DNA of 63,314 nt, filler included, from Licmophora abbreviata (GCA_900291995.1; 18 parts of 18 records of this genome joined end to end with filler, not necessarily neighbours in it); one strand, 5' to 3'; shown: positions 19,229 to 31,394, numbered from the whole stretch's first letter. A program made the numbers and translations. Notes: generated by a model from the sequence alone, not told the origin.

Positions 19229-22200
19229 TTATTCCGCCGCCCGCAGCGGATTTCCCTCGGCGTCGCGCGCCTCGATCACCCGCTTGATATCCTCGACGAC
19301 CGGGCGTGCGGCATCCTCGTCGACATAGCCCTTATCGCCGGGATGCTCTTCGGGCCAAAGAAGCTCGGGCGCCCGCACTTGCCGTGCGCTGGCCTCGAGC
19401 GCCCAATCCTTTGCCGCGCGGCTGGCGCGGCCCAATGACAGCGCCGCCAGCCCCTGTGCACCCCAGTTCACATAGGTGCCCGCCCAGATCCGCAGCGCCA
19501 GCATCGATGGGGTAAAGATCAGTGTCAGCAGGGTCGCGATCCCCAGCCCGAAGACCACCGCCGTGGCCAGCTGTTTCCACCACAGCGCGGTCGGCGAGTT
19601 GAACGCATAACCGCCATTCACGAAATCAAGGCTCAGCCCGAACATCATCGGCGCAAGCCCCGCCATGGTGGTGATCGTCGTCAGCAGCACGGGCCGGATG
19701 CGCGCCTCGGCGGTGCGGGTGATCGCCTCGACCCGGGGCATGTAGCGACTGTATTCCTGATAGGTGTCGATCAGCACGATATTGTTGTTCACCACGATCC
19801 CCGCCAAGGCGACGATCCCGGTGCCGGTCATGATGATCGAAAACGGCTGGTTCATCACCAGCATGCCGATCAGCACGCCCGTGGTCGACAAAACCACCGC
19901 CAACAACACCAGAATGGCGTTATAGACGCTGTTGAACTGCGCCAGCAGGATGATGAACATCAGCGCCAGCGCCCCCGCAAAGGCCTTTTGCAGGAAGGCA
20001 CCGGATTCCGCCTGATCCTCCTGATCGCCGGTCCATTCATACGCCACGCTGTTCGGCAGAACGTCGCTGTCCAGCCACTCGGTCAGCACCGCGATCCGCT
20101 CGTTGGCGGTGATCGGCACGACGGTTTCGCGGCCATCTTCACCTCGCACGGTACGGGTGAGGCCATCCGCGACACCGGCCTTGATGTCGAAATGCCGCGT
20201 CTGGTCGACCCGGTCGATCTGCGCCAGTTTCTGCACCGGCTTGCGCGTGATGAAATTCGACAGCGGCACCAGCCCATCCTCGGTGCGCACTTTCAGCGTA
20301 TCGAGCGTGCTCAGCACCCGGTCCTGTTCGGGCAGGCGCACGCGAATGTCGATCTCTTCGTCCGAGGACGGCACGCGCATCGTATCCAGCAGGATACCCC
20401 GTGTGACCAGCTGCACCATCGCGCCCACCGTGGCCACATCCGCGCCATAACGCCCCGCCTTTTCCACATCGACGTCGATCTGCCAGTCGATCCCCGGCAG
20501 CGGCAGCGTATCCTCGATCTGCTGCAGGCCCTGCGTCTCTTCGAACTTCTCCCGTGCGAGGCGCGTCGCCTCCTGCAATTCGGTCCAATTGTCACCCTTG
20601 AGACGAAGCTGCACCGGCTTGGCCGAGGCCGGCCCGCGCGCCTGCGCCAATATTTCGATCTGGATGCCGGGAAGCTGCTGCAACTGCGCCGTCAGCTCAT
20701 TGATGATCGTGTCACCGTCGAACGCCTCGGCACTGAGCGAGCGGTGCACGTCGATGTCCAGAAGCGGAATGGTGAACCATGTCTCACGGGTTTGCGGGCG
20801 CTCGTCCCAGGGGATCGTCTCAAGCTGGACCTGACCGATCGTGTCCAAAGGCGCCTCGGCCCCGCCGGTATTGTTGTTAAGCCCGCCCTCGCCGGCAAAG
20901 GCAAAGGCGGTTTGCACACCGGGATGCTGCAGCACGATGTCCTCGACCGTCGCCACCAGCTCATCTTTTTGCTCGATCGACAGGTTGCCGCGCGCCCGCA
21001 CATAGACGATGGCCTGTTCAGGCTCGGACTCCACGAAAAATTCCGTGCCCTTGTTGTTGTTGACATAAAAGATCAGCACCGAGCCGACGAGCACGAAGAC
21101 CATCCCGAAACTGACGATCGGCATGATCGGGTTTCCGGCGATGAAATGGATCACCCGCCCAAAGGGCGATCTTTGATATCCCGCCTTGATCGGCTTGTCG
21201 CGCTGCGGCCAGAGCCGTGATTTCAGGCGTCCGGTGCCGTTGCGAATGCGCCGGGTGATTGCCATGGCGCCAAGCATCGCGGCGACGATCCCGGTGAGCC
21301 CGACCGCCGCCAGAACCACCACGCCAAGGCACAGCACAAAGACCGAGGCCAGAACCGGAATGACCGAGGCAAAGATGCGGCTCGACTCCATCATGGCGAA
21401 TTGCGCGCTGACATCGTTCAGCAGCACCGGCGCCAACCAGCCTGCCAGCGCCAGCCCGGCAAGAGCCACCGGGAAAAGCAGCAGGTGCCACAGCCAGTAC
21501 CCTCCCGCAATCTGCGCGATCCGCTGGTCGAACCACCGCTCCGTCCGCCCGGTGACACCGCCCATCACCGGCAGATAGACCAGCGCCACCAGCAGCGATG
21601 CCGACAGCACGAAAATCAGCGTGACAGGCAACATGCCCATGAACTGCCCCGGCACGCCCGGCCAGAACAGCATCGGCAGAAAGGCGCAGAGCGTTGTCGC
21701 GGTGGAACTGACCACGGGCCAGAACATCCGCTTTGCCGAGGCGACATAGGCATGCATCGGGCCTTCGCCTTCGGCGATGCGCTTGTCGGCGTATTCGACA
21801 ACCACGATCGCGCCGTCCACCAGCATCCCCACCGCGAGGATCAGCCCGAACATCACGATATTCGAAATTGCGATCCCCATCATCGCCAGCAGTGCGAAAC
21901 ACAGCAGGAAGGATGTGGGAATGGCAAATCCCACAAGCAGGGCAGGGCGGATGCCAAGGGCGGCCAGCGTCACGATCATCACCAGCGCGATGGCCGTCAG
22001 AACCGAACCTTCCAGCTGCTTGACCATCGACTCCACCGTGCTCGACTGATCGTTCGAGGTGCCGACTTCGACAACCGCCCGAAGCTGGTCGGGCCATTCG
22101 GCCTCGGCCTCGGCGACGGTCTGGCGCACAAGGTCCGATGTCTCGATGATGTTGTAGCCCTTGCGCTTGATGACCTGCAAAGCGACGGTCTTCTCGCCGT

Positions 22201-23020
22201 TGAACCGTGCGGTGCCGATCCGGTCCTCGAAGGTCAGGTTGATCTCGGCCAGATCGCCAAGCGTGATGACCCGGTCGCCATTGGTCTTGACCGGCAGATC
22301 ATAGATGTCGCGCGTTTCATCGAACGAAGACGGTATCTTGACCGAGAAGGTGCCGCTGGCCGTTTCCACCTCGCCTGCGGCGATCAGCAGGTTGTTGTTG
22401 CGCACCACATTGATCAACTCGCCAGCCGTGACATTATAAGCCTCAAGCCGCAGTGGATCGAGAACCACCTCGACCATCTCGTCGCGATTGCCCGCGATCC
22501 CCGCCTCCAGAATTGGCTCCAGCCCCTCCAGCTGGTCCTGCAGGTCCTTGGCCAGCTGCGCCATCATGCGTTCGGGCACATCGCCCGTCAGGTTGACGAT
22601 TATAATGGGAAATTCGCTGAAATTGATCTCGTTGATCGAGTATTTCTCGGCGCCATCGGGAAATTTGGCCTCGGCGGCGCTCATCGCGTCGCGCACATCG
22701 GCCATGATCTTGGTCTTGTCCCAGCCGAATTCGAACTCCAGCGCCACACCGGCATAATTTTCGGCGGCGGTGCCGGCCATCGTCTTGAGCCCGTCCAGAT
22801 CGCTCAGCTCGGTTTCCATGACCTTGACCAGCAGCTTCTCGCTGTCCTCGGCGGAAATGCCCGGGAACGCCACTGAAACGAAGAGCGCCGGGATCTCGAT
22901 ATCCGGCTCGCCCTCCTTGGGCAGGCCAACATAGGCCACTGCCCCCGCAAGAATGGACACGACGATAAAGGTCAGAACCATCCGCGCCCGTGCTGCGGCC
23001 CAGTCGACGATGCCGGTCAT
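19229..23020 (-). CDS. RND efflux permease (AcrB family)
   Basis: GMLVDGAIVVVE, GIVVNNNIVLID and RIRPVLLTT motifs; two periplasmic loops; 1263 aa. Confidence 0.95.
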   Translation of the reverse strand: MTGIVDWAAARARMVLTFIVVSILAGAVAYVGLPKEGEPDIEIPALFVSVAFPGISAEDSEKLLVKVMETELSDLDGLKTMAGTAAENYAGVALEFEFGWDKTKIMADVRDAMSAAEAKFPDGAEKYSINEINFSEFPIIIVNLTGDVPERMMAQLAKDLQDQLEGLEPILEAGIAGNRDEMVEVVLDPLRLEAYNVTAGELINVVRNNNLLIAAGEVETASGTFSVKIPSSFDETRDIYDLPVKTNGDRVITLGDLAEINLTFEDRIGTARFNGEKTVALQVIKRKGYNIIETSDLVRQTVAEAEAEWPDQLRAVVEVGTSNDQSSTVESMVKQLEGSVLTAIALVMIVTLAALGIRPALLVGFAIPTSFLLCFALLAMMGIAISNIVMFGLILAVGMLVDGAIVVVEYADKRIAEGEGPMHAYVASAKRMFWPVVSSTATTLCAFLPMLFWPGVPGQFMGMLPVTLIFVLSASLLVALVYLPVMGGVTGRTERWFDQRIAQIAGGYWLWHLLLFPVALAGLALAGWLAPVLLNDVSAQFAMMESSRIFASVIPVLASVFVLCLGVVVLAAVGLTGIVAAMLGAMAITRRIRNGTGRLKSRLWPQRDKPIKAGYQRSPFGRVIHFIAGNPIMPIVSFGMVFVLVGSVLIFYVNNNKGTEFFVESEPEQAIVYVRARGNLSIEQKDELVATVEDIVLQHPGVQTAFAFAGEGGLNNNTGGAEAPLDTIGQVQLETIPWDERPQTRETWFTIPLLDIDVHRSLSAEAFDGDTIINELTAQLQQLPGIQIEILAQARGPASAKPVQLRLKGDNWTELQEATRLAREKFEETQGLQQIEDTLPLPGIDWQIDVDVEKAGRYGADVATVGAMVQLVTRGILLDTMRVPSSDEEIDIRVRLPEQDRVLSTLDTLKVRTEDGLVPLSNFITRKPVQKLAQIDRVDQTRHFDIKAGVADGLTRTVRGEDGRETVVPITANERIAVLTEWLDSDVLPNSVAYEWTGDQEDQAESGAFLQKAFAGALALMFIILLAQFNSVYNAILVLLAVVLSTTGVLIGMLVMNQPFSIIMTGTGIVALAGIVVNNNIVLIDTYQEYSRYMPRVEAITRTAEARIRPVLLTTITTMAGLAPMMFGLSLDFVNGGYAFNSPTALWWKQLATAVVFGLGIATLLTLIFTPSMLALRIWAGTYVNWGAQGLAALSLGRASRAAKDWALEASARQVRAPELLWPEEHPGDKGYVDEDAARPVVEDIKRVIEARDAEGNPLRAAE

Positions 23021-24209
23021 TGACCAAGCTCCTGATAGCTGGGGGCCACCGGAACGCCGTCTGTGACATATTCCTGTCCGATCACGATGACGTTGGCGGT
23101 CTCGGGCAATCCGGACAGCCAGACGCCGGTCGTCGTGTCGCGCAGCAGGCTGACCGGGGCAAATTCGGCCGTGTTCTCGGCGGTGACCAGACGCACGCCC
23201 AAGGTACCCTCGTCATTCAGGGTCAGCGCCGATTGCGGCAGAAGATGCGCCGTCTTGCCATCGGCCGAAATCACGATCTCGGCGGTCTGGCCATCGCGCA
23301 ACGTCAGGTCCGGGTTCTCCACCCGTATCTCGACGCGAAAGGTACGGGTCGTCTCATCGGCCCGCCGCGACAGGAACGTCACCTCGCCCTGGACTTGCCC
23401 GCCCGAGGCCAACTTCGCCACCGCCATAGCTCCCGGCTGCACACGCTCGACATCCGTTTCGGGCACGAACCCCACCAGCATGATCGGATCGAGCTGGATC
23501 ACCGTCGCACAAAGCGCACCCGGCTGCAGCAGGCTGCCCAATTCGGCCGTGTCGCTTTCCAGCAACCCCGCGAACGGCGCGCTGATCGTCAGGCGCTCGA
23601 TTTCCTTCTGCGCCGCCGCCACGGCCGCTTGGGCCGATTCGATCTCGGCGCGGGCGGTTTCCAGCCCGCTGGTGGCCGACTCGACCGCCGCCTCCGCCGA
23701 TCTCAACGCCGCATTGGTCGAGGCCGCCCGGCTCTGCGAGGCGAAGCCCTCGACCTGCAACTGCCGCGCGGCATTGTCGTTGATCCGCGCCTCATCCAGC
23801 CGCGAGCGCGCCTCGGCCACGCGGNNNNNNNNNNNNNNNNNNNNNNNNNNNNNNNNNNNNNNNNNNNNTTAATTAATTAANNNNNNNNNNNNNNNNNNNN
23901 NNNNNNNNNNNNNNNNNNNNNNNNGTGGTCTCGGCCCGCAGGTCGACCCTGCCGGAACGCTTCGGTCTGGCCGCGCAGGATCACCGCGCTGTCGATCATG
24001 CGCGCCGTTGACTTCACCGCCACCACGCGCACCGGGTCTGCCGTGCCGTCCGTATCGGCGGCCATCTCCTGAGCGGGGACTTCGGCGGCCTCGGATGTCT
24101 GCGCCTCCACGCCACCCGTGAGCATCACAACAAGCCTGTCACGCTCGAACACGAAGGCGTAGACAAGCGCTGTGACCACAATCGCGGCGATAATCGGAAA
24201 CAGTCGCAT
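23017..24209 (-). CDS. RND periplasmic adaptor (membrane fusion protein); spans a gap
   Basis: N-terminal anchor, helical hairpin, ISAPFAG, TRTFRVEI and LPQSAL; an apparent extra base near 23948 at the contig end. Confidence 0.88.
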
Positions 24210-24285
24210 CTTTGATACCCTATCAACGGTCGACAGCACATGTCGCATACACCAGCACGGAATCGCCGGACATGGTGAAGATACG

Positions 24286-24303
24286 CTAAACTATCCTGTT
24301 CAG
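24286..24303. promoter_or_regulatory. Possible repressor operator upstream of the RND operon
   Basis: Imperfect inverted repeat CTAAAC-N6-GTTCAG in the divergent intergenic region. Confidence 0.25.
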
Positions 24304-24416
24304 ATTAAACGTTTCCGTGTGTCGTCGCAAGATGGCCGATATGTCCCGGATCTCCGGCCCCTTGGCAGGGCCGGGTCTACGCGCTAAGAGGGGCACAAAC
24401 GCAAGGGGTGCAGGGC

Positions 24417-25082
24417 GTGAGCGACACAGACAGTTTCATCGACGAAGTCTCCGAAGAGGTCCGCCGCGACCGGCTGTTCGGACTGATGCGGCGCTATGGC
24501 TGGATTGCTGTCTTGCTTGTGTTGCTTCTGGTCGGCGGCACAGCCTGGAACGAATGGCGCAAGGCGCAGGAGCGTCAGACCGCGCAGGCATTCGGCGATG
24601 CCGTGCTCGCCGCGCTCGAGGCCGACAGCCGCGATGCCCGCGCCGCAGCCCTCTCAGGGGTCGCGGCGCCAAATCCCGGTGCCGTCGTCATGCGCGATCT
24701 TCTGGCCGCAGCCGAAGCCTCGGACGCAACCCCTCAAGAAGCGGCAAGCCGCCTCATGGCGCTTGCCGAAAGCAGCGGGATCGAACCGGTCTATCGTCAG
24801 ATCGCAACGCTCAAAGCCGTGGCGATGCCCGACTCGGGCCTGTCGGTCGCGGATCGCCGCACCCGTCTCGAAGGGCTGGCGCTGGCCGAGGGGCTGACGC
24901 GGCTTCTGGCCGAAGAACAATTGGCCATGATCGACATCGAAACCGGTGACACCGGGGCGGCGCTAGAGCGTCTCGTCGCGATCGTCGGCGATGCGCAGTC
25001 CACGCCGGGCTTGCGTCGCCGCGCATCACAAGTGATTGTGGCACTGGGGGGCGACCTGCCTGGTCCCGGTCAGGGCGAGTAA
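24417..25082 (+). CDS. YfgM-like TPR membrane protein
   Basis: DSFIDEVSEEVRRDRL followed by a TM helix; conserved position upstream of bamB-der. Confidence 0.82.
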   Translation: MSDTDSFIDEVSEEVRRDRLFGLMRRYGWIAVLLVLLLVGGTAWNEWRKAQERQTAQAFGDAVLAALEADSRDARAAALSGVAAPNPGAVVMRDLLAAAEASDATPQEAASRLMALAESSGIEPVYRQIATLKAVAMPDSGLSVADRRTRLEGLALAEGLTRLLAEEQLAMIDIETGDTGAALERLVAIVGDAQSTPGLRRRASQVIVALGGDLPGPGQGE

Positions 25083-25146
25083 AGCAACACGCCGCCGCCG
25101 GGTCTTTACGGCCCACAGGGGCGCGACAAGTGAGGGGGCTTCGGCT

Positions 25147-26472
25147 TTGAAACCAAACGCGATGTTTCTGGGGCTTGCGGCCTTGCTGGCCGTCACGGCC
25201 TGTTCCAGAGAAGAAGCGCTTCTTCAGGGAGAGCGTGAAGGCATCCGCAATATCCTGACAGAGTCGCCCGCACCCGTGGATGAAAGCGCTCAGGTCAACA
25301 GGTCGCAGCCCGTAACCCTGCCCGCAGCCGTCTCCAACGCAAACTGGACGCAGGCCATCGGCACGCCATCCACCCGCACCGATCACCCCGCCCTGTCGGC
25401 GGCCCCTCAGCGCATCTGGTCGACCTCGATCGGCGCGGGCGACGGTCGCAAGGTGCGCATCACCGCCGATCCGGTCGTGGCGGGCGGGCGCATCTTCGCG
25501 CTCGATGCGCAATCCCAGGTTAGCGCGGTCTCCACCTCCGGCGAGGTGCTGTGGCGTCGCGATCTCGTGCCTCCCAACGATTCCGCAAGCGATGCGTCGG
25601 GCGGCGGTCTGGCCTTTGGTGACGGGCGGCTCTTCGTGTCCTCGGGCTTCGGGCTGATCACGGCGCTTGATGCCGAAACCGGCGCCGAGCTCTGGCAACA
25701 GAACCTGCGCGCCACCGGAACGGGCAACCCCACCGTGTTGGGGGATCTGGTGTATCTGGTGGCCGGTGACGATGTCGCCTGGGCGCTCGATACGCAGAAT
25801 GGACGCATCCGCTGGCAGCTTACGGGGACACCCGATATCAACAACGTGATGGGCGGTCCCGCGCCTGCCGTGTCCGAGAAATACGTGGTCTTCGCCTTCG
25901 GTGCCGCCGAGGTTCAGGGCGCGTTTCGTCAGGGCGGATTGCGGCTCTGGGATGCCCAGATCGCGGGTCAGCGCGAGGGCTATGCCGGTGCGCGCGTCGC
26001 CGATATCACCGGCGATCCGGTGATCGACGGCGACAAGGTCTTTGTCGGCAGTCACTCGGGGCGAATGGTGGCGCTTGGTCTTGCCAATGGCGAGCGGCTG
26101 TGGACGGCCAATCAAGGCCCGCTGAACCGGGTGTGGCCTTCGGGCGATTCGGTCTACATGATCTCGGATCGCAACGAACTGGTCCGCCTGCAGGCCGAAG
26201 ATGGCGAGCAGGTCTGGTCGGTCAAGCTGCAGCTTTTCACCAAGGACCGCCCGCGGCGCCAGTCCGAAATCGTGGCGCATCACGGCCCGGTCATGGCCGG
26301 TGGACAGCTGGTTGTGGCCTCGGGCGACGGTTTGTTGCGGTTTTTCGATCCGCGGGACGGCGCGCTGATCCGCACGGTCGATCTGCCGGGTGGTGCGACG
26401 ACCAACCCCGTGGTGGCGGGAGGCGCGCTTTATGTCGTGTCGACCAATGGACAATTGCACGCTTTCCGTTAG
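25147..26472 (+). CDS. bamB: PQQ-like beta-propeller lipoprotein (BamB-like)
   Basis: Lipobox VTAC, repeated ALD..TG..W blades, synteny with yfgM-like and der. Confidence 0.8.
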   Translation: MKPNAMFLGLAALLAVTACSREEALLQGEREGIRNILTESPAPVDESAQVNRSQPVTLPAAVSNANWTQAIGTPSTRTDHPALSAAPQRIWSTSIGAGDGRKVRITADPVVAGGRIFALDAQSQVSAVSTSGEVLWRRDLVPPNDSASDASGGGLAFGDGRLFVSSGFGLITALDAETGAELWQQNLRATGTGNPTVLGDLVYLVAGDDVAWALDTQNGRIRWQLTGTPDINNVMGGPAPAVSEKYVVFAFGAAEVQGAFRQGGLRLWDAQIAGQREGYAGARVADITGDPVIDGDKVFVGSHSGRMVALGLANGERLWTANQGPLNRVWPSGDSVYMISDRNELVRLQAEDGEQVWSVKLQLFTKDRPRRQSEIVAHHGPVMAGGQLVVASGDGLLRFFDPRDGALIRTVDLPGGATTNPVVAGGALYVVSTNGQLHAFR

Positions 26473-26521
26473 GCCCACGATACTGTAACAGGGCGGCTTG
26501 ATCCGTCCCGGAGCCTGAGAC

Positions 26522-28114
26522 ATGAGTTTCACCCTAGCCATCGTGGGCCGCCCGAATGTGGGCAAGTCCACGCTGTTCAACCGCCTTGTGGGCAAGCGCC
26601 TTGCGCTGGTCGATGACCAGCCGGGCGTGACGCGCGACCTGCGCGAGGGCGAGGCCAAACTTGGCGATCTGCGCTTTACCGTGATCGACACCGCCGGTCT
26701 CGAAGAAGCCACCGACGAGTCGCTGCAGGGCCGGATGCGCAAGCTCACGGAACGCGCCGTGGACATGGCCGATGTCTGCCTCTTCCTGATCGACGCGCGC
26801 GCCGGCGTGACCCCTACCGACGAGGTCTTTGCCGATATCCTTCGCAAGCGCGCAGACCGCGTGATCCTCGGCGCCAACAAGGCCGAAGGCTCGGCGGCCG
26901 ATGCGGGAATATACGAGGCTTATGGCCTTGGACTGGGCGAACCTGTGCGCCTCTCGGCGGAACATGGCGAGGGCCTGAATGAGCTTTATTCGCTGCTCAT
27001 GCCGATCTCCGACGAGTTCGAAGACCGCGCCCGCGCCGATGCGCCCGAAACCGATGTGGTGCTCGACGAGGATATCGACGACGAGCCCGATGGGGTGTCA
27101 GGCCCCACCGCCGCCCGCATTCCGACGCCTGAACGCCCGATGCAGGTGGCCGTTGTAGGCCGCCCCAATGCGGGCAAGTCCACGCTGATCAACACCATTC
27201 TGGGCGAAGACCGCCTGTTGACCGGCCCCGAGGCCGGGATCACCCGCGACGCCATTTCCCTGCAGATCGACTGGGACGGACTTCCGGTGCGGATCTTCGA
27301 CACCGCCGGCATGCGCAAGAAGGCCCGTGTTCAGGACAAGGTCGAGAAACTCTCGGTCTCCGACGGTCTGCGCGCGGTGAAATTCGCCGAAGTGGTGGTG
27401 GTGCTTCTCGATGCCGCCATTCCCTTCGAGCAACAGGATCTGCGCATCGCCGATCTGGCCGAGCGCGAGGGCCGGGCCGTCGTGGTGGCGGTGAACAAAT
27501 GGGATATCGAGGACGACAAGCAGCAAAAGCTGCGTGACCTGCGCGAATCGTTCGAACGGCTTCTGCCGCAGCTTCGGGGCGCACCTCTGGTCACCGTGTC
27601 GGCCAAGACGGGCAAGGGTCTGGACCGGCTGCGCGACGCCGTGGCCAAGGCCTATGACGTGTGGAACCGCCGTGTGCCCACCGCCCAACTGAACCGCTGG
27701 CTTGCCGGCATGGTCGAGGCGCATCCGCCCCCCGCGCCGGGCGGCCGCCGGATCAAGCTGCGCTACATGACACAAGCCAAGACGCGCCCGCCGCATTTCG
27801 TGGTGATGTGCTCGCATCCCGACAAGCTGCCGGAAAGCTATTCGCGCTATCTGGTCAATGCACTGCGTCAGGATTTCGACATGCCGGGCACGCCGATCCG
27901 GCTGCACATGNNNNNNNNNNNNNNNNNNNNNNNNNNNNNNNNNNNNNNNNNNNNTTAATTAATTAANNNNNNNNNNNNNNNNNNNNNNNNNNNNNNNNNN
28001 NNNNNNNNNNACATGCGCTCGCAATCCGACCGCAACCCCTATAAATCCAAGAAGAAATCAACGCCCTCGCGGCTTCGTAAGCATATCCACGGGCGCGGCT
28101 CGCAGCCGGGCTAG
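26522..28114 (+). CDS. der: Ribosome biogenesis GTPase Der (EngA); spans a gap
   Basis: Two GRPN.GKS/DTAG GTPase domains and a KH-like C-terminus; frame continues after the gap to TAG at 28112-28114. Confidence 0.96.
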
Positions 28115-28812
28115 ACCCGTCCTGCGCGGCCGCGCAAGGCGCTCACGGCCAAGGCCGCGATCCCTGCGCCCGCCAGCGCCAGAACCGGCAGGTTGGGCGG
28201 GCTCGCATTGGCCACGACGATCCCGACCAGCGCCCAGATCACCGCTCCGGCATATTCCGGTGTGTCGGGCCGCAGCCTGAGCACGATCAACGCGATCACC
28301 AGCGCCAGCGCGATCATCGCCAGTGCCGCCGCCTGCGCGCCCATGATCCCATGCCCCGCCAGCATCAGCGCCAACGCCACGCAACTGGCCGCCGTCAGCC
28401 AGCCAGCATATAGGGCGATCGGCGTGCGCAGCCACGCACGATCCTCGCCGCCCGCCACCAGCAGCGCCCAAACCGCGCTGAGCAGCATCGTCCAGATCAG
28501 CACCGTGGCCCAGAACGGCGAGACCTGCGCCACCGGGATCCACGCGGCCCCGATCACGAGGCTCGCGATCAGCGGCCACCGCGCCCGGTCCCACCCCGGC
28601 GCCACATCGCGCCTGAGCAACCCGAACAGCGCCCCCGCCACCAGCCACAGATAGATCAGCCCCCAGATGGCAAAGGCATAGCCCGCAGGCTGGCCGGGCG
28701 GGTCAATCTGCGGAATGGGAAACTGATCGGGCCGAAATCCGTTGAACCCGTCGCTGACCAGCGGCGAGAGCGCAAAGGCCAGCGCGGCGGTCAGGGTCAG
28801 AATGGCTTTCAT
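28111..28812 (-). CDS. TspO/MBR-like Trp-rich membrane protein
   Basis: PAGYAFAIWGLIY.W and IALYAGWLTAA motifs, multiple TM helices. Confidence 0.72.
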   Translation of the reverse strand: MKAILTLTAALAFALSPLVSDGFNGFRPDQFPIPQIDPPGQPAGYAFAIWGLIYLWLVAGALFGLLRRDVAPGWDRARWPLIASLVIGAAWIPVAQVSPFWATVLIWTMLLSAVWALLVAGGEDRAWLRTPIALYAGWLTAASCVALALMLAGHGIMGAQAAALAMIALALVIALIVLRLRPDTPEYAGAVIWALVGIVVANASPPNLPVLALAGAGIAALAVSALRGRAGRV

Positions 28813-29001
28813 ACGCTCCATGGCGCCCATGTGGCCCGGGCGCGCGCCTGCCGTCAATGGGCTGCAGGCAGGTTCTGGCCCAGGGCCGCGCCCTGCGCCA
28901 TCTCGGGCTTGCCCAATGTCATGGAAATTTCACATCATGCGTCATTGCGGAACAGTTGTTTTCAAGATCATCTGACATTGTCTCAATTAGGGGGACTGTC
29001 C

Positions 29002-29983
29002 ATGGCAATGACGATTCGGGACCATACGCGCGCCTATTGCGGCAAAAGCGATCTTCTGGGGGCCTTGTCCTTCTTCGGCACAATGGTGGTGTATGTCGCG
29101 GCACTCGGGTTCGGGGCTGCGATGATCAAGGCGCCGCTGATCTGTGCGGGGCTGGTGGTGATCCTCGCCTTCGCCTCGGTGCGGCTTTACGTGCTGCAGC
29201 ATGATTGCGGGCATCATGCGCTGTTTCGCGCGCGCAGGCTCAACGATCTGGCGGGGCATCTGCTGTCGGTGCCCTCGCTCACGCCCTACCGGGTGATGCA
29301 GTACAATCACAACCTGCACCACGCCTATCTGGGCAATCTCGATCACCGCGAAACCACCGAGGTCTACACGATGACCCTGGCCGAGTGGCACGCGGCGCCC
29401 GTCTGGAGGCGGGCCTGGTACAGGCTCTATCGCAATCCCGCGATCATGCTGACGCTTGGAGGGATCTATGCCTATTTCATCGCCTATCGCTGGCCGCGCA
29501 ACACGATGAAGGTGGGGCCTTGGGGCGTGGTGGCGCATAACATCGCGCTGGCGGGCTTTTTGACGGCGATCTGGTGGGCCTTGGGCTGGGACGGGCTGCT
29601 GGTCTGGACGCTGAGCGCGGTGCTGGCGGGCGTGATCGGGGTGTTCCTCGTCTATCTGCAGCATAATTTCGAGGACACCTATTGGGATCGCAAACCCGAT
29701 CTGGATTTCCGCCGCGCCACGCTCGAAGGATCAAGCTCGCTCGATCTGGGCTGGCTGTGGGATCTGGGGACCGGCAATATCGCCTATCACGACCTGCACC
29801 ATTTCAACCCCGGCATTCCGTCCTACCGGCTGCGGCGGTGCCAGCGCGCGCTGCCCGAGGCGCTGAAGGGCCATGACGTGATCCGCTGGCCCGAGGCGGT
29901 CGCCAGTTTCCGGCTCAAGCTGTGGGACGAGGCGCAGCAAAAACTGGTGCCGTTTCCGCGGGTGGCCTCCGCGCAGGAGACTG
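29002..29983 (+). CDS. Membrane fatty acid desaturase; 3' end runs into a gap
   Basis: Three His boxes: HDCGH, HNLHH, HDLHH. Confidence 0.9.
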
Positions 29984-30101
29984 NNNNNNNNNNNNNNNNN
30001 NNNNNNNNNNNNNNNNNNNNNNNNNNNTTAATTAATTAANNNNNNNNNNNNNNNNNNNNNNNNNNNNNNNNNNNNNNNNNNNNCCAGAAGAAAACGCCGG
30101 A

Positions 30102-31394
30102 TCAGACGAGGGTGCCGTCGGCTTGCAGCACGGAGCGGCCCCCGAGATAGGGGTGCAGCACGGCAGGCAGCGCCACCGAGCCATCCGCCTGCTGGCCGTT
30201 TTCCAGAACCGCGATCAGGCAGCGCCCGACCGCCAGCCCCGAGCCATTGAGCGTGTGCACGAATTGCGGTTTGCCACCACCCGCAGGGCGGAAGCGGGCA
30301 GTCATCCGGCGGGCCTGAAACGCGCCGCAAAGCGAGACCGAGCTGATCTCGCGATAGGTGTTCTGTCCGGGCAGCCAGACCTCGATGTCATGGGTGCGGC
30401 GCGCGCCGAACCCCATGTCGCCCGTACACAGCACGACCGTGCGATAGGGCAGGCCGAGACGTTCCAGGATACCTTGCGCGCAGCCGGTCATGCGGTCCAG
30501 CTCGGCGCGGGAGTGGTCGGGATGGGTGATCGAGACCATCTCGACCTTTTCGAACTGGTGCTGGCGCAACATGCCCGCAGTGTCCTTGCCGGCGCTGCCC
30601 GCTTCCGAGCGGAAGCATTGGGTATGTGCGGCATAGCGGCGCGGCAATGTTGCCTCGTCGACGGTGTCGCCATGCACGAGATTGGTCAGCGTCACCTCGG
30701 CGGTGGGCACCAGCCACCAGCCATTGGTGGTCTGGTAGCTGTCTTCGCCGAATTTCGGCAGGTTGCCGGTGCCATACATCATGTCCTCGCGCACCAGCAC
30801 GGGCGTCCAGGTCTCGAGCAGGCCGTTCTCCTCGATATGGGTGTCGAGCATGAATTGCGCGAGCGCCCGGTGGATACGGGCGACCGCACCCTGCATGACG
30901 ACAAAGCGCGCGCCAGACAGTTTGGCGCCGGCCTCGAAATCCATCCCCGGAATGACGCCGGGGATCTCGAAATGCTCTTTCGGGGGGAAGTCGAACGTGG
31001 CGGGCGTGCCCCAGCGGTGGATTTCCACGTTGTCGGCCTCGTCCTGGCCATCGGGGATCTCGTCCAGCGGCAGGTTGGGCAGGCCCATCAGCAGGTCGGT
31101 CAGGCGCTGGTCCAACTCCTTGGCTTCGGCCTGCATCCGGGCGACTTCGGATTTCTTGTCGCTGACCAGAGCGCGCAGCCGGTCGAATTCGGCCTCGTCA
31201 CCCCGGGCCTTGGCGGCACCGACATCCTTGCTGGCGCTGTTCTGCTCGGCCTGGGCGGTTTCGGCGGCATGGATGCAGGCGCGGCGCGCCTCGTCGAGGG
31301 CCAGGATCTCGTCCGAGGCCTGCTCCAGTCCGCGGCGCGCCATGGCGGCGTCGAAAGCGGCGGGGTTTTCACGGATCGCGCGGATGTCGTGCAT
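30102..31394 (-). CDS. serS: Serine--tRNA ligase
   Basis: [26 protein letters not shown] and TLNGSGLA motifs. Confidence 0.97.
   Translation of the reverse strand: MHDIRAIRENPAAFDAAMARRGLEQASDEILALDEARRACIHAAETAQAEQNSASKDVGAAKARGDEAEFDRLRALVSDKKSEVARMQAEAKELDQRLTDLLMGLPNLPLDEIPDGQDEADNVEIHRWGTPATFDFPPKEHFEIPGVIPGMDFEAGAKLSGARFVVMQGAVARIHRALAQFMLDTHIEENGLLETWTPVLVREDMMYGTGNLPKFGEDSYQTTNGWWLVPTAEVTLTNLVHGDTVDEATLPRRYAAHTQCFRSEAGSAGKDTAGMLRQHQFEKVEMVSITHPDHSRAELDRMTGCAQGILERLGLPYRTVVLCTGDMGFGARRTHDIEVWLPGQNTYREISSVSLCGAFQARRMTARFRPAGGGKPQFVHTLNGSGLAVGRCLIAVLENGQQADGSVALPAVLHPYLGGRSVLQADGTLV

Noticed and set aside
23925..23955. Frameshift in the RND adaptor gene (RQGRPAGRDH instead of RQVDLRAET)
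   Set aside because: One extra base in a short homopolymer about 25 nt from a contig end; most likely a sequencing error.
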